From Lophium mytilinum (lineage: Eukaryota): a stretch of 64,000 nucleotides of DNA. The notes under the pieces are model-generated. The model saw only the letters and a program-made list of their open reading frames with translations. It ran no database searches and was not told the DNA's origin. Shown here one piece after another: positions 62,233 to 64,000 of the stretch; the first letter of the stretch is position 1; each line of letters starts with the position of its first letter. The stretch is taken from NCBI GenBank assembly GCA_010093605.1, contig MU004181.1, positions 1 to 64,000 on the forward strand, in the 5' to 3' direction. Both the position numbers and the translations under genes were made by a program.

Positions 62233-62966
62233 ATGGCGAACACCGCGGGACCAGCCAGTGGGGCGTAGTAAGTACGGCCGTTGAGACTCCCGTGACTGTA
62301 GCTTACGATGTTGTAGCATGTTCAACAACAAGTGGCTGTCGGACGTCTTGCTTCGCGTCCACGGCACAGATGGGACAATCGTGGAGTTTCCCGCCCACCG
62401 CGAGCGCCTCGTGACGAGGTCTGCGTATTTCATGAAAATGTTCAACGAGAATAGCTTCAAGGTACGTGCCCCACTCCACAACAACCACGTGTTTGGCTTA
62501 CAAGGACCCCTAGGAGGCCAAAGAGAAGGTCGTCGATCTCAAGGATGTCGACCTGAAGCATTTCGAGATCGCCCTGTACTGGATGTACACGAAAGAGGAA
62601 CGCGACGTAGAGGACGAGACCGTTGCCGAGCTCCTAGAGAACGTCGTCCTGCTTTACCATATAGCAGATTTTTACATCATCCCCAGCCTCCTCCAACACT
62701 GCGTCGACCGATTTCGCGACGGGGCGATGCAGAACTTCGATTCCAAGAGCGACGAGTTCCGGGCCGCGCTGCTCGACGCAGCTGACCTCTACTACAAGAC
62801 GTGCGCCGAGACGGAGTCTTCGCTAGGACGATGCGTGGTGAAGTTGGTACAGAAGGTCAAGTGGACGAAGGACGACAATGTAGGAGACTTGCAAAAGATG
62901 CTGAAGAAGCACCCACTCTTCGCCCTGGACTACGCCCTGGAGACGACCCGCCAGAACTCGGTGTAG
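62233..62966 (+). CDS. BTB/POZ domain protein 4; exons 62233-62267, 62317-62461, 62514-62966
   Basis: MFNNKWLSDVLLRV...FPAHRERLVTRSAYFMKMF...FK|EAKEKVVDLKDVDLKHFEIALYWMY and IADFYIIPSL. Confidence 0.9.
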
Positions 62967-63174
62967 GGAGGGGGGGGGGGGGGTGGGGCAAGCTCGGCGT
63001 GCCGGCCTACTGTTCGAAACGTACGATAGGGCAGAAGATGCGGGCATAGATAGAGGTTTGCATTGGGTTAATACAGTCACTGCCTGGTATTGCAAGTCTT
63101 CACAATTCCAGGACCTTTGTTCGTGCCCTTGATCTTGCCGCTATTCATTGCTCTAATTGACCAACCCTTTGATA

Positions 63175-64000
63175 TACTGATCCGCCCCTACATATATCAA
63201 GCATTCCGTTGATGAAATACGTCGGCAACTGCTCTAATCTATGCTGTCTAAACTTACACCTCCCATATAGCTTCTATTTGTTCATGCACTCTATTTCGCT
63301 CCTTTTTCTATCCCTCCTTGCACACCTCCATAACTTGCTAATCCGCCCCTTACTGTGTCAAGTGTATAGCGAGTAGAATGCGTCTGCAACTGCCCTAATC
63401 TGCGATGTTCGAACGCCTACATCTTATATCGCTTTCGTTTTTATAGGCATTCTATATCCTATTTAATTCGTTTCTTCTTTGCAACCCTCTATAACATGGT
63501 GATCCGCCCCTGACTATATTAAATCTGTAGTGCGTAAAACACGTCGGCAACTGCTCTAATCTGTAACCTCCAACATCTTCTCTTTTCTATAGATTATGTT
63601 TGTGTATTCACCTTACTTTGCAGCAAATCCCAGCTTGTTTACAGCCGTTCTTAAGATAGTAAACCGCTCCTGACCATATCACTCGGCACTTGGTTGGATT
63701 CGCTGAATACTACTCTAAATTGCGTTCTCAAGAACTCAACACTCTATATAGCCCTCTTTAGCTTGGACGCTCTGTTTTGCTAATAGTCCTAGGTCTCGCT
63801 GCAATCTTCTTTGGTATAGTCAACCGCCCCTAACCACACTCACTTCTTAATTGCAATAAAAGGTTGGTGACGGCTCCAATCTACACTCTCCGAATTTCAA
63901 CGCTCTATATAGCCTTCATCAGCTCATAGCTTCTATATTAGAATTGATGCCAGCCTTGCTTGCAGCCCTCTCTAATACGCCAAAGCCCCCTTCCCATATC
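63175..64000. repeat. Second diverged tandem array, at least 5 units of ~160-161 bp, running off the window end
   Basis: A CCGCCCC-like motif at 63182, 63343, 63504, 63664, 63824 and ~63984, each followed by a GTCGGCAACTGCTCTAATCT-like motif. Confidence 0.88.

Noticed and set aside
62967..62988. Poly-G tract right after the BTB4 stop (G-quadruplex potential)
   Set aside because: A simple homopolymer; a similar run occurs at ~56405, and nothing supports a function.
8200..64000. Starship or other giant mobile element explaining the accessory gene content
   Set aside because: No tyrosine-recombinase captain or boundary repeats were seen, and core genes SPB1 and RPA3 lie in the middle.

Overview
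This is genomic DNA of a filamentous ascomycete, shown by short GT-AG introns with CTRAY branch sites and by RIP. Bases 1-~8,170 are an AT-rich, RIP-destroyed repeat block with nested LTR retrotransposon relics, including a Ty3/Gypsy integrase-chromodomain remnant. The rest is gene-rich. A small core island (SPB1, a YML020W-like hydrolase, RPA3/ssb3; ~25-32 kb) sits among lineage-specific genes dominated by putative ubiquitin-ligase adaptors: four tandem F-box-like paralogs, three F-box-like/CxxC-CxH paralogs (two fused and broken), and four or five BTB/POZ genes sharing intron positions. Also present are a HeLo-like/NACHT/ankyrin NLR, an ALDH3-type dehydrogenase, a GNAT, a stand-alone MIF4G-like protein and an atypical kinase. 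Two non-coding features are absent from the ORF track. One is a pair of highly diverged tandem arrays (50.1-52.9 kb and 63.2-64.0 kb) with different core motifs but the same ~161-bp period. The other is a U6 snRNA gene with intact Pol III signals but an altered ACAGAGA box (CCAGAGA). Exon coordinates were derived by hand and domain calls come from motif recognition; no searches were run.
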